Assembly: GCF_030144855.1 (NCBI RefSeq)
Contig: NC_082725.1
Span: 5,766,001-5,830,000 of the forward strand
Length of the DNA: 64,000 nucleotides
Reading direction: 5' to 3'
DNA from: Hypanus sabinus
Lineage: Eukaryota
This document shows positions 24,687 through 36,941 of the stretch, piece by piece. Every line of letters begins with the position of its first letter. Position 1 is the stretch's first letter. A program made the translations under genes and the position numbers. A model generated the notes under the pieces. It worked only from the letters and a program-made list of their open reading frames with translations, had not been told where the DNA came from and searched no databases.

Positions 24687-24835
24687 CTTAACATGGTAAA
24701 AATGTAACGGGGACTGGCAGCATCTTTCCCGCCATGCAGTCTGGTACCAAATTGCCCGATTGGTTGCAATAAGCTTATATTATTACTGCCAACAAAGTTT
24801 TGGGCCAAGTTTACAATGGTCATCATAAGTGCTTG
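24687..24835 (-). CDS. TOP2B: TOP2B exon ~20, contains the catalytic Tyr ([15 protein letters not shown])
   Basis: tag/gtaagt, 149 nt. Confidence 0.95.
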
Positions 24836-26932
24836 CTAAAATTAAAACAATAAATATGCAGATACTTAATTGTGATTTAATTTCACAGACAAGTCACAAG
24901 CTTTCTTTAACTGGAAGACATGTTCTGAAGATTGCCAGTGTAGACATGTTCCTAACTAGTAGCAGAACCTGTTCAACTTATTTGCACTGTCATTTGGTGA
25001 TGCCCCAAATACAAAATATCATTCCAGTATTCAATCCTACCACAGTTTCCCCCAATCACCACCAAACCCCACTGCTGCTTTAACAAATCTTTTTAAAATA
25101 TCAACTTTTCCAAATTTGATGTCCCTCCACTTCTGGTCCGAGTTTAATCCAATAAAGCATTCTAGTTACTCAGAGGCAGCACAGTAGTGTGGCAGTTAGT
25201 CTAACACTTTACAGCACCAAAGATCTGGGTTCAATTGCTGCCATTATCTGTAAGGAGTTTGCACATTTTCCCTGTGACAATGTGGGTTTCAACCAGGTGG
25301 TTTACTTTCCTCCCACATACCAAAAATGTACAGGTTAGTAAGTTCTGGCATGCTATGGTGACGTCAGAAGCATGGCGGCACTTGCGGTCTTGACCTAGGA
25401 TTGTGTTGTTCAATGACACAAACAACATATTTCAATGCACGTTTCTATGTACTGTACGTTTGATAACTAAAGCTAATCTTTAACACATCAGACCCAGATA
25501 ATTATCCATATTATTGCTCTTCAAGAGACCCAGCACCACCCTCTTCTTTATGTCAAAAATGTCCTCGCATATTATCATGTTCTAAAGGGAGCTCAGTATC
25601 CACCATGTCCATAAAACATAGGAGCAGAATTAAGCTATTCAGCCCATCAAATCTGCTCCACCATTCCATTACGCCTGATTTATTATCCCTCTCAACCCCA
25701 TCCCCCATAACTTTTGATACCCTGACTAATCAAGAACCTATAAAGCTCCACTTTGAATATACTCAGTAATTTGGCTTCCACAGCTGTCTGTGGCAATGAC
25801 TTTCACAGATTCTCCAATCTGTGGCTGAAGAAATTCCTGTCAGTATTAAAGGGACATTCTTTATTCTGAGGCTGTGCACTCAAATCCAAAGCTCTCCTAC
25901 TGATGGAAACGTCCGTTTTACATCCACTCTTTCCAGGTCTTTTAGTATCCAGTAAATTAAATGAGATTCTCACCTCATCTTTCTGCAGACTACCAAGTAT
26001 AGGCCCAGAGACGAGTACTCCTCATACATTAAGCCTTTTATTAATCTTGTGATCTTTCCCTGGACACTTTCCAGGGCCAGCATGTTCTTCCTTAAATATG
26101 GGAATGAGAGCATTGATGCGCATCATAAATGCCCCAATAAGATACATACATCTTAGGTAGATATGCTGTTGATGAAATGACTACACATCTTCCCAGCTTA
26201 CAAATGCCTGATTTATGTACAAACTGCACATACAAATAAGCATTTCAGAGACAGGTGGGGTGGATTTGACAGTTGTTAAATGGCTGCTGGAATTTTATGC
26301 TGCCTGGGATCTCATTTCACAAATGCACTCTCAACTTGCAAACTGCATGGGACGGAGGAACAGGGCTTAGTCTGCTGTTGTAATTTTGTTATTATTGATG
26401 TTGTTGCTTGTATTGTTCTGTAAACATTGTGGGAATGCTATCCCAGCACCAGAATATGCAGCGACACTTTGCGGGCTGACCCCAGTGTGCTGGCTGTTAC
26501 CACAAATGACACAATTCACTGTATTTTTGATGTACATGTGATAAATAAATGAATATTATTCTGAATAGTTAGATCACAAGCCAAAGGAACATAATAAAGC
26601 CATTCAACTCATAATCTCTGTTCAGCATGTTATCTCAATTGAAAAATGATGCAATTCTCTGAAAAAAACATGAACAAAGTAGATTATTTGGCTAGAATTC
26701 CATGTCATATATCCAGCTTCTTACTGGAGGGATTTTTTTAGATGCTGAATAACCATCATAACAACTGAATTGTTTAATAAATTAATAGTTAACTTAAATT
26801 AATAGTTTTGACATTACCTCTACACTTGGAGTCAAGATACAAAGCAAAATCTGCATTTCAAATCTAATTAGGTCCTATTGTTATCTGACATTAACTGAAA
26901 GTCGTATAAAAATAATTAGTTGTTTTATTTAC

Positions 26933-27054
26933 CTCACCGTGGTGATAGGCAGACATTTCAGCCACTGAACCTGCCAACTGAGCAACCTTGACTTCTCGTT
27001 TGTCATTCCTCTTAAAACACGTAAATAACACTTTTCGCTGACCGGGTTTTAAAC
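26933..27054 (-). CDS. TOP2B: TOP2B exon ~19 (GLKPGQRKVLF...AYHHGE)
   Basis: cag/gtaaat, 122 nt. Confidence 0.94.
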
Positions 27055-27310
27055 CTGAGATTAAATAGAAATGTATACTTTTTTAAAAAATAATACCTAG
27101 CTTTTCAGATAGATTTAATTTTTATGAATGCTGAATCATATTCTACAAAAAGCTTATATTTCAACTGGTTGAAAATATTCCACGTTGAGCAATTTTTTCT
27201 GAACAAATCAAGAAGAGAGTAAAATGCTATATGAATCTTACTAAGATTTTATATTTATCATAATGTTAATCAGGATATATCAAAAATAAATCAATTTATA
27301 ATGTTATAAA

Positions 27311-27550
27311 CACAACAGATATTCTACATATGCTAGAAATCCAGAGCAACACACACACAAAATGCAGAACTCAGCAGGTCAGGCAGCATCTATGGAGAGG
27401 AATAAACTGTCAACGTTTCTCGCCGAGATGCTTCATCAGGTCCTGAAGTCTCTTTGTTAGGTCCTGATGAAGGATCTTGGCCTGAAATTGCAACTGTTTA
27501 TTCCACTTCACAGATGCTGTCTGACCTGTTGAGTTTTTTTGTGTGTTGCT
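27311..27550. mobile_element. Penelope-derived inverted (fold-back) element with two divergent hammerhead-like cores
   Basis: Arms about 27345-27442 and 27459-27550; CTGATGA..GAAA on both strands. Confidence 0.7.
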
Positions 27551-27713
27551 TGCAGAGTCATGGCCTATATTTTATTTTTAATCCTATCTAGTAGGCAAAT
27601 TCTACATATTTGGATTAATTAGGATACAAATTCCCAGTATTTTGGGGTGGTGTAGGGATGCCACAGATGTATTATAGAATTTAATAGTAATAATATCTAC
27701 TTCAGATGCTTAC

Positions 27714-27828
27714 CATCAACAAGTGAAGGAATAGACCTTTCATTGTCAGAATTTGAGAAAAGGATTAACTCCTTGTTGATGAAATCATTGTATGTCAGGT
27801 GCTTAGTTGTTGTTCCATATAAATATTG
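27714..27828 (-). CDS. TOP2B: TOP2B exon ~18 (QYLYG...DNERSIPSLVD)
   Basis: cag/gtaagc, 115 nt. Confidence 0.93.
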
Positions 27829-27910
27829 CTGTAAAATTAAATTTTAAATGTCACAATCACAAACAGAACAGAAGATTAAATATTAAATTCTGCAATGTAA
27901 TGCTCCAGAC

Positions 27911-28003
27911 CTCTGGCAATCCATGCAGCCTTCTCTGCCTTCTATCTTCCATGAAATTGGTCAGCCATTCTTTTCGATCATCTATTTTCTTTTTGCTGAA
28001 AGC
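27911..28003 (-). CDS. TOP2B: TOP2B exon ~17 (AFSKKKIDDRKEWL...GLPE)
   Basis: cag/gtctgg, 93 nt. Confidence 0.92.
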
Positions 28004-28464
28004 CTGAAATATTTTTATTCAAAACATTAATTTAGCTACAGAGAGCAGTAATTTTTATTGACCAATCATTCATTAACTCACAATTATAATCAGTTTATAA
28101 ACCAATTGGAAGTCTGATATTGAAATCATTTGGACTAAAAACAAACTAATTTTGGAATTCTTGTGCTTTTAATTCGCAAGAGTTAATTTTTTTTTCGTTT
28201 TATTTCGAGATACAGTACAGAAGAGGCCTTTCTGGCTCAACTAGTCACGCCGCCCAACAACCCACCTATTTAACACTAGCCTAATCATTCAATGAATACT
28301 ACTGATATCATTATACAGATTTGATCTGATAGTATGTATTGAGATAGAACTAATTAATGAATACAACATTAATGCTGAATTTAACTTCTAACTTCTCTGA
28401 AAAAAAATTACACAAATTTATTGAAAATTTAACAAGCTGAGATTTTCTATATTACATATAATAC

Positions 28465-28574
28465 CAAGGTTATTGCAGCATCATCCTCTGGGCCAGTGTA
28501 TCTAAACATTATGCGGTGTCTGTCCATATCAGCAAAGTATTCTTTTGCCTCTTTTGACGTGCTGGTGCCAAGAC
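28465..28574 (-). CDS. TOP2B: TOP2B exon ~16 (GLGTSTSKEAKEYF...DDAAITL)
   Basis: cag/gtatta, 110 nt. Confidence 0.93.
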
Positions 28575-28819
28575 CTGCATGAAACATCACATATTCCAGT
28601 CATCTTATATGTGTATTTGATCAGATTGTTACTTAACATTAGCTCTAATGGGTACCTGCAACTGGCAGAATCAAACTCAAATCCAGTTTGAAAGTATATC
28701 TGCATAAAACTTGTTGGCAGCTGCACAAAAATACAAAATTGCTAAATTAAATCAGGTGTGCCCCCACCTCCTAGGTTTTTACTTTTGACTATATTAAGTT
28801 AAATTTTTACATTACAAAC

Positions 28820-28925
28820 CTTTGTAGTATTTTACTTTCCAAGATTTGTTGTTTTCTGCGTGTTTTTTCCACTCATCAAATTCAGGAATGCTGTAGAATG
28901 CCAATTCTTGTTTATTTTTGGTAGC
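28820..28925 (-). CDS. TOP2B: TOP2B exon ~15 (ATKNKQELAFYSIPEFDEWKK...KYYK)
   Basis: aag/gtttgt, 106 nt. Confidence 0.91.
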
Positions 28926-29019
28926 CTTTATTTTAAAAAAAATATTAAAAATCAGTGCTTCACATTTTTATTTTCATCTACAGCAATAGGATTGTAGATT
29001 GTTCTAAAGGTTCACTAGC

Positions 29020-29130
29020 CTTTACTATAGGAGTAATGAATTCCTCCAAGAAATGGTGTCTCAAAAGAGATGGCCAGTTGTGATGGAAGAAGTTAATCAG
29101 CAAGCCTTTGATGTGAGAGCCATCCTGATC
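29020..29130 (-). CDS. TOP2B: TOP2B exon ~14 (DQDGSHIKGLLINF...TPIVK), GC donor
   Basis: cag acceptor, 111 nt; donor AAG|gctagt (non-canonical). Confidence 0.88.
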
Positions 29131-29780
29131 CTGTAACATTTAAAGATATGCAAATTAATATTAACTGTTTTGATTAAGTCATTAAGAGAAACTGCTAAGA
29201 GTTTTGGTTCTACAATGCAAATAAATCTTTCACTCTTTCAAATCAATCTTCATGATCATAACAACTGCTTCTGTGATACTAATCCTTTTTTTCCACCTGA
29301 AATTGATTTACCTCTATCTATATCAGTTTCTTGCATTGGTTTGTATCTGTGTGTTTTACTTTCCCCATGCTTATCCTGTATCAAAGGAATTCCATGATCC
29401 AACACTCTGTGTTGTAAGGAAACACTCAAAGAACAACTTCTCAAAGTTCATTTGTCTTTATACATTTTCCTCCCTAATATCCCCATCTTAAGGCCTACTT
29501 TGTAAGTGACAGTAGAATTGCAATTTATGCATATTATTAAACCAAGGAAGAGAAATTAACATTACCCAGCATATTAATTTACCTCATACTTATCAAATCT
29601 ATTTATAACCTGGATCCAAGCCTCCAATCACATCTACGCCATCTCCAAAATATCTACGTATACCTCTGTAACACTGCCCATTTTTGTGACAATTTTTGTG
29701 CATCAATCTTTCTATTGCTCAATTCCTCATGATTTTGTAACATCCATGTTCCACAAATGAGTTTCTCCTGTACTATATTA

Positions 29781-31368
29781 CAGTATTATGCAAAAGTCTT
29801 ATATACATGCAAAAAAATTCTGTTAAGTGAAGATGCTTTCAAAAATAATTAAAGTTTTTAAATATTAAAAAAATCACTATAAAGAATAGTAAACAGCAAA
29901 AAACTAAATCAAATCAATATTATGATTTGCCTTTGCCTTTAAAACTGCAACAATTCTCTTGGGTACATTGCCATGCAGTGTTTTTTTTTAAAGAAAATCG
30001 GCAGCAGGTTGTTCCAAGCATCTTGGAGAACTTGCCACAGTTCTTCTGCAGACTTTATCTGTCTTACTTGGTTCTGTCTATCCAGGTATTCCCAGACAGC
30101 CTCGATGATATTGAGATCAGGGCTCTGTGAAGGCCATACCACCTGCTGCAGAACTCCTTATTCTTCTTTTCACTGAATACAGCTTTTTATGACCTTGGCC
30201 ACATGTTTACGGTCATTGTATTTCTGCAGAATGAAATTGGGATCGATCAGACACCTCCCTGATGGTACTGCGTGCTGGTTGAGAATCTGTTTGTACTTCA
30301 CAGCACTGAGGGTTCCATTAATTCTGATCAGATCACCAACTCCATTTGCAGAAATGCAGTCCCAAACTTGCAGGTAACCTCCGCTGTGCTTCACTGTTGG
30401 CTGCAGACATTCATCCATGTAGTGCTCTCCAGCTCTTCGTAGACAAACCACCTCCTTTTTGAACCAATATTTTCAAATTTTGACTTATTCCAGAGCACTT
30501 GCTGCTGTTGTTCAGCACTCCAGTCCTTGGGTTTCTGAGCACAAGTAAGTCTCTTGGCTTTGCTTCCACTTCAGAGGAATAGCTTTTTGGCAGTAATTCT
30601 TCAACAAAGATTACATGTGACAAGATTTCTTCCGACTGGAGGGGTATACTTGGGTTCCAGTAGTTTCCGTGAGTTCAGAGCCAATAGCAGTGCTAGATTT
30701 CCTTCAGTTTTAAAGAGATGTCAGTTTGAAGTATCTCTGATCTGCTAGACTCAGGTTCCGTGGCCGACCATTGCACTTCTGTTCCTCAAGCTTGCCCATG
30801 CCTTTATGTTTCTTCAGAAGAGCTCAGGCAGCACATCTTGAAACTCCTGCCTGCTGTGAAATTTCTGGTTGGGAGAGACCTTGCTCATGTAGGATGGTCA
30901 CCTTGTGTCTTGTTGCTATGCTCACTCTTGCCATGATATAAGATTTGATGATTTGAAGGTTAAACTGTCACATCTACCACACACTGACCTTTTAGTCTGG
31001 GTTGTCCTTTGCCCAGTTTGATTCCTTCTACACCAGTTTCTGTTTCAGTTAATCATTCTAGTTCATTCAACTCATAATGTCATTCATCATTAGCACCTAT
31101 TTGGTATCTTTGTTTAATCATGCACTAGACTATAAGCCTACAAAGTAATCATGTTTTTATTTGAAAACTGGTCTTTACTTAATATTTTACTTCATTTAAC
31201 AAAATACAAAAATTTCTCTATAACATTAATTTTTTTTGGAAAATTAATGTTTGGAAATCTAAAATTTGCACTTTTTCTACTGACATGCAAAAGTAAAAGA
31301 CAAAAACATCTAAAACAAAATTTATATTGAAAAAATTCTAGGGTGCCTAAGACTTTAACACAGTACCG
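29781..31368 (-). mobile_element. Tc1/mariner transposon, near full length but decayed
   Basis: TA-flanked termini cagtattatgcaaaagtctt / aagactttaacacagtaccg; motifs PTVKHSGG and WPSQSPDLNIIEAVW. Confidence 0.88.
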
Positions 31369-31784
31369 TAGGTACAAGAGGTACCGAAAGTGACCACTAA
31401 GTGTAAAGCCCCGTTTCCTACATCCAATTTACACCAGTTAGAGTCTAGGACTCACCCATCGAGTCTCTGGCTTAACAAGATTCTCATTCATGCTTCAATT
31501 CCTGCATGAAATCATCATATTACAACGCTAACATGAACTGTCCACTACTCCAGTTCAAGCTCTCATGCATTACTCTCCTTTTTGCCTCACAACTAGTGGC
31601 TGTTTCTAACTTCAGTTATCTTTACTGAGTTCTGGAATAATCCTTCTAAACAACCCATTTCTCTCTTAAGAACAAAATTCTTTTTGGCTTTTTGTCACTT
31701 TTTGTTTGATCATACTGAACACTTTAACTGAATATTGTATAATATTATGCAGCATTGCATGAATGCAAGTTTTTGCTGATCATA

Positions 31785-32490
31785 AACAACATCCTCAAAA
31801 TGCTAGAGGAACTGCAGGCCAGGCAGCATCCATGGAAATGAATAAACAGTCAATGTTTCAGGTCAAGACCCTTCTTCAGGACTGGAAGGGGAAAGATGCC
31901 AGAATAAAAAAATGGGAGGGGAAGGAGGACTAGCTGGAAGATGATAGGTGAAGCCAGGTGTGTTGGAAAGATAAAGGGCTGGAGAAGAAGGAATCTGATA
32001 GGAGAGGAGATTGAACGATAGGAGAAAGGGAAGGAGGGGACCCAGGGAGGTGCTAGGTAGGTGAGAAGAGGTAAGAGGCTGAAGTTGAGAATAGAAGAAG
32101 AGGGGAGGGTTGGGGAAAAATTTTAATACCAGAATGAGAAATCAATATTCATGCCATCAGATTGGAAGCTGCCCAGACAAAATATAAAGTGTTGCTCCTC
32201 TGCCCTGAGGGTGGCCTCATCATGGTACAAGAGACGGCCGTGGACCAACATGTCGGAATGGGAATAGGAATAAGAATTAAACTGTTTGGCCACCGGGAAA
32301 TTCTGCTTTTGGCAACTGGAGCAGAGGTTCTCGACGAAGTGGCCCCCCAATTTATGACAGAGCTCACTAATGTAGAGGAGGCTGCATCAGGAGCACCAGA
32401 TACAATAGAGGACCTCAGCAGATTCACATGTGAATTGTTGCCTCACCTGAAAGAACTGTTTGGAGCCCTGATTGGAAAATACTAGACTGA
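31785..32490 (-). mobile_element. Penelope-like element 3' portion: GIY-YIG endonuclease remnant, pyrimidine-rich tract and hammerhead-containing end
   Basis: VLYCIWCSRCSLLYI (GIY-YIG-like) and HF/FNS..HS..EQH.IF.LG..Q..GMN motifs; hammerhead core at 31847-31885. Confidence 0.82.
31847..31885 (-). ncRNA. Minimal type I hammerhead ribozyme motif (Penelope type), best-preserved copy
   Basis: cagtc-CTGAAGA-a-gggtcttgacct-GAAA-ca-TT-gactg: stem I cagtc/gactg, stem II, conserved core. Confidence 0.6.
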
Positions 32491-33034
32491 TACTTCAATA
32501 GAGTCAGAAGACTCCGCATGTCTTTCTGCTGGTAGCCATATAAAAAAACATAACTGGGGAGAAGAGCAGGGAAGTTCCTGTTCCATGGTCAGTATTTGTC
32601 TCCCAATTAACAAAAGAAATTATCTATTGTATTTATAGATATTTATATTCATAATGTTTTTTATTATTGTGTTATTTATCTTCTGTGCTGTATTGGATCA
32701 TGTGTAACAATAATTTGACCCCTTTACACATGTGTACATGAAATTACATTAAACAGTCTTGAATCTAATTTACACAGTACATGCAATTTTGCTGAGGGAT
32801 AGACTATTATATTTCTTTCAGTGACTGCATTTAGATGAATACAAATTTCTTTGGGCTGACCTGCTTTGGTAAAGGGTCCCAAATGTTTGCCAGTTGATTT
32901 TAAGTTTGTGCCTTGCTCACAACTAAAACCAGGATTTTATTGTTGTGAAACTGAAAATCGTAAAGTGGAGCGAGTAATTCAAGGAATTTGATAAAGGTAA
33001 TCTCTTTTCAAGGAAACTGAAATTTGAAACCTCC

Positions 33035-33340
33035 AAGAGGACCACAAACCTTGTTGTGGTTTGGAGCCTTACATACCTCAATGATCCAGAGAACTATGTT
33101 GGCTGGAGTCAGGCTTTACCATTTGGCTCTTGCTAAGATCACCCATAACAAACAGGTCAAAGGGTAGGGTCAGACTAAGAGTGGTCTGCCAATCTTTAGG
33201 CTTGGGGACTCAGTTCAGACCTAATCACCCTGACTGGTCGTTACAGAAACAGCAACGAATGAAGGATCCTTCTACATTTGTATGTGACAGTATTCCTGAG
33301 TCTCCACTCAGAACTTGCATGGCTGACAGCAGTGAAAACT
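33035..33340 (+). mobile_element. RTE-clade LINE 5'UTR fragment (Expander/Rex3/BovB-like)
   Basis: ccttgttgtgg..ctcaatgatcc..ctatgttg..tcaccca..aacaggtc..cagac..gtggtc pattern recalled from RTE 5' ends. Confidence 0.5.
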
Positions 33341-34005
33341 AAGAGGAAGCTTTGAGCACAATGAAGGAAGCCCTGAACACTGCCAAAACCAAGACCAAAA
33401 TTTGATAGACAGAGATGGAGAACTTTCAATTCTGCCCTAAACAGTAAGTGCATCTTGAAAGTAAGGAAAGCCCTTTTTAAAGAAACAGGGATGGGGGGCC
33501 GGCAGGGGCTGGGGGGAGTGGGAATCGTGTTGAGTTTTATTGATGGTGTAAGTATCCTCTCATCTTGGGAGGGAATATGAGAGTAAATACAAGCCAGAAC
33601 TAACTGAATCAGAAAAACTGAGTAACCAAAGGGTAAATGGAGCACTTGGTGTAAGTCATGGAATGGAAAGGAAGCAAAACTATATTTATGCCAGCATTCT
33701 CAAAGCCAACAGCCAAGGGAACACTTCTCAATACAACTTACATTCCAATTAAAATATGGAATAGAAATAAAAAGAGCAAAACAGTTCTAAACAAACAGAA
33801 AATTAAACAGATAGAGGGAAATAGTGACACAAGTGAAGCCAGGACTAGGTAAGTGAATTCTCTGATTTTCCATGAAACTACAGAACTTTGATAGTACTCA
33901 ATGTCAGCTTTTATGCTCACAGAGCAGAGTTCCTGTAGTATTTATTGAGAACACCATTATGTGCATCTCCTTTTAATTAAGATTCAGGGAAAGTGAAACG
34001 CTAAC

Positions 34006-34131
34006 CTGATCAGTCATGATCATAATCTTGCCATAGCGAAGAGATTTCAGTGATTCTGCATCATCGTAACTTTTCTTGTACTGAAGACCTACTATCTTGA
34101 TAATGTTGTTGATTTCTGCATTCTCCATTAT
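34006..34131 (-). CDS. TOP2B: TOP2B exon ~13 (IMENAEINNIIKIVGLQY...IMIMTDQ)
   Basis: cag/gttagc, 126 nt. Confidence 0.93.
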
Positions 34132-35118
34132 CTGCACAACAAAGCAACATTAACATCTTTGTTTTTTTCTGGAATTGCAATGTTTCACAACTCAATAATT
34201 CAACATTCTTTTAAATTGTTAAAATTCTCATGGATAACCACAGCAACTGAACTGAATTTAGCTGCTATGGAGCAATTTACAGAATGTGATCCTTTCAGGT
34301 ATTCCACCAAAATAATCAGAACCACAGATTAAATTCAGATAGCAGGGTTTAAGGTATCCATGCAATATTTCATTACCAATTCTGTAAAATTGAAGTATAT
34401 TATTGAAGGTAAAATGAATAAAAATTGCTGTTTTCTTTCATTTAATAATTTTACATATTAAAAGTACTGTAAGATAATACAGGAATAAACAAAACAAAAT
34501 TATTCCGTTTATGAAGGATTATAAAATAAAAAATAACAAAATAGGCTTATGATGCCTTGGGGATACAAAAATAAAAATATCAAGCTTAGACTTTTTTATT
34601 ATCCGTCTAACAGCAGAAATATTTTTAAGATATATATATATATATATGAATATGAATATGACAACCTTGAGCATTAGAACCGTATTAAAGAGCAAGCTTA
34701 CAATTACTAGGAGATATGCAAGACTACTTAAAACAAATCAGAGAATTTCAATCTTATTTTCTTCAATTGTAAGATGCAACTACTGAAATCAACAAACAAG
34801 TTCGAAGAAATTTTATCGTTCCTTTTACTAAACGGTAATGCCTGACCGGGAGATCATTGAAGGTTATTTGACTTCTGACTTTAGAGTCTGGTGTAGGTTA
34901 ACAGGACGATTAGTTCAAATGGAGACATAAAAGACTGCAGACATCTAGAGCAACAGTCTGCTGGAGGAAGTCAGTGGGGAAAGGGGTCAAGCAGCATCTG
35001 TGCAAGGAAAGAAATTTGTCAATGTTTTGGGCTGAAACCTTGCATTGGTCCTATTAAATATTGTTTGTTAAATGATGATTAAAATGAATTTTTTACACTC
35101 TTTCAAATGAAGTTCCAT

Positions 35119-35268
35119 TGGAAGTAGATTTTATTTTTTAGTTTACATCATTAATCCCCTTATCATTCTTCAAGCTGTTTATTGAATATTTTGCAATTTT
35201 TGTGTGATTAAACTGGATGCCACTTTCTCTCATAGGATATGTAAACTAAAAAATAAAATCTACTTCCA
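35119..35268. repeat. Perfect 30-bp inverted repeat with 90-nt spacer
   Basis: tggaagtagattttattttttagtttacat (35119-35148) and its exact reverse complement (35239-35268). Confidence 0.9.
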
Positions 35269-35773
35269 CTACCTCCCACTCGCATCCCTTCTTTGCCAAA
35301 TGAGTTTGCCCAATGCTGTTAGATCTGTGAAATATAGAGTCCATCACATTAACAGATGGAGTTAATAAATTATGGTTTATTTACCGGCTCCATCTGAAAG
35401 CTTAGCAAGGCACCTGATTGGAGTAATAAATAATGAACTTCTTTCACCTCAATAATTTACTTATGTGGAACTCTAGCTGAAGACGTGGGAAATAAGGACA
35501 GAACCACGAGAGAGCTATATTACATGAAACAAAATAATCTGAGGTAAAGATTTGCTAATAAAATAACTTGCAAAATACAAGTGCACAAGTATTTTAGACA
35601 CATGCTTTAATTAGGAAGGAGGTATCTTCTTGCCAGAATACTCATTGAGATTATGTCTCAAATGCTCCATTCACAATTGTTTTGCATTCAAGTGATTTCC
35701 AGCTGAGGACAAAAAGGTTTATCAAGTTAAAAGATACAATGCTATTTTACTTATTATCTCTGTTCAGTCATAC

Positions 35774-35931
35774 CTGTTTATGTGAAGCTTCTCGAACATT
35801 GAGAATTTTACCCCTCAGTGGGAACACACCATATCTATCACGGCCAATGACACCTAGACCTGACACAGCCAAGGATTTGGCTGAATCTCCTTCTGTCAGA
35901 ATCAATGTACATTCTGAGGAATGCCTTCCAC
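35774..35931 (-). CDS. TOP2B: TOP2B exon ~12 (CTLILTEGDSAKSLA...PLRGKILNVREASHKQ)
   Basis: tag/gtatga, 158 nt; TOPRIM motifs. Confidence 0.94.
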
Positions 35932-36152
35932 CTAATTTAGAAATATATACATATCCTTTAGCTCATACAACTTATGTATTAAAGACAAATGTAAAACAGG
36001 TTATAGAAAATGTCTTGCAGTCAGATATTTAAACTCTCTCTGTTCAACCATAATAGTTCTTATTAAGTTTCACAAGTGACCATTTTATCTTAAACCACAG
36101 ATATATGTGTCATCTGTTCTCGTACTACTGGAAGCAAAAGCATTTACTGTAC

Positions 36153-36291
36153 CTGCATCATTGGCATCATCTAGTTTTGGAATGCCTTTAATTTTGCTGT
36201 GTTTTACTGAAGAACACTTCTTATTCAGTTGGGTCTGGGCTTTAAATTTTACCCAATTTAATATACTTTCAACAATGCCACAGTTGTTTGC
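36153..36291 (-). CDS. TOP2B: TOP2B exon ~11 (ANNCGIVESILNW...KLDDANDA)
   Basis: cag/gtacag, 139 nt. Confidence 0.93.
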
Positions 36292-36710
36292 CTGAAAGAA
36301 CCAAATAAATTTTCCTCTTAAAACAATGAGGGGGGAAAAAATCAATTCAAAAAATATCAATTTCATTTTAATGGTACTAAATGCAATGAAACTAAAGATC
36401 GTCTAAATCCTGAAAAATGTAAATTCTAACATCGGAACTAGGAGGTGTAAAATGGTTGGCTCCTTGACCTTAATCAATGACACCATTTTTTTAAAGTTTA
36501 AAATCAGCCCATATCTGCACACAAACTGTTAACTCTAAGTTATACACATTGATAAACACAAGATATCCTGCAGTTGCTGGAAATCCAGAGCAACACAGAC
36601 AAAATGCTAGAGGAACTCAGCAGGTCATGCAGCACCTATAAAGAGAAATAAACAATTTCGAGCCAAGACCCTTCATCAGGCCAGGATATATTGAACATTG
36701 AAATACTAAC

Positions 36711-36848
36711 CCCCTTGAAGAACTTTTCAGAAAGAATGCATTTTGATCCAAAGCTCTTCGGCTGAAGAGTCATGTTTTCCTTTGTTTGTGAATCAAATGT
36801 TGGGTTTTCAATCAGACAGTTGACAAAGACCCATAAATGATTTTTTAC
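36711..36848 (-). CDS. TOP2B: TOP2B exon ~10 (VKNHLWVFVNCLIENPTFDSQTKE...)
   Basis: tag/gttagt, 138 nt; QTK loop. Confidence 0.93.
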
Positions 36849-36941
36849 CTATGTGGAAGGAAAATACCTGAAATTATCTTCATATTAAAGAGTTACGCCA
36901 TCATGTCAAGTTTTACTAGAATTCTACAAAACAAAACATAC

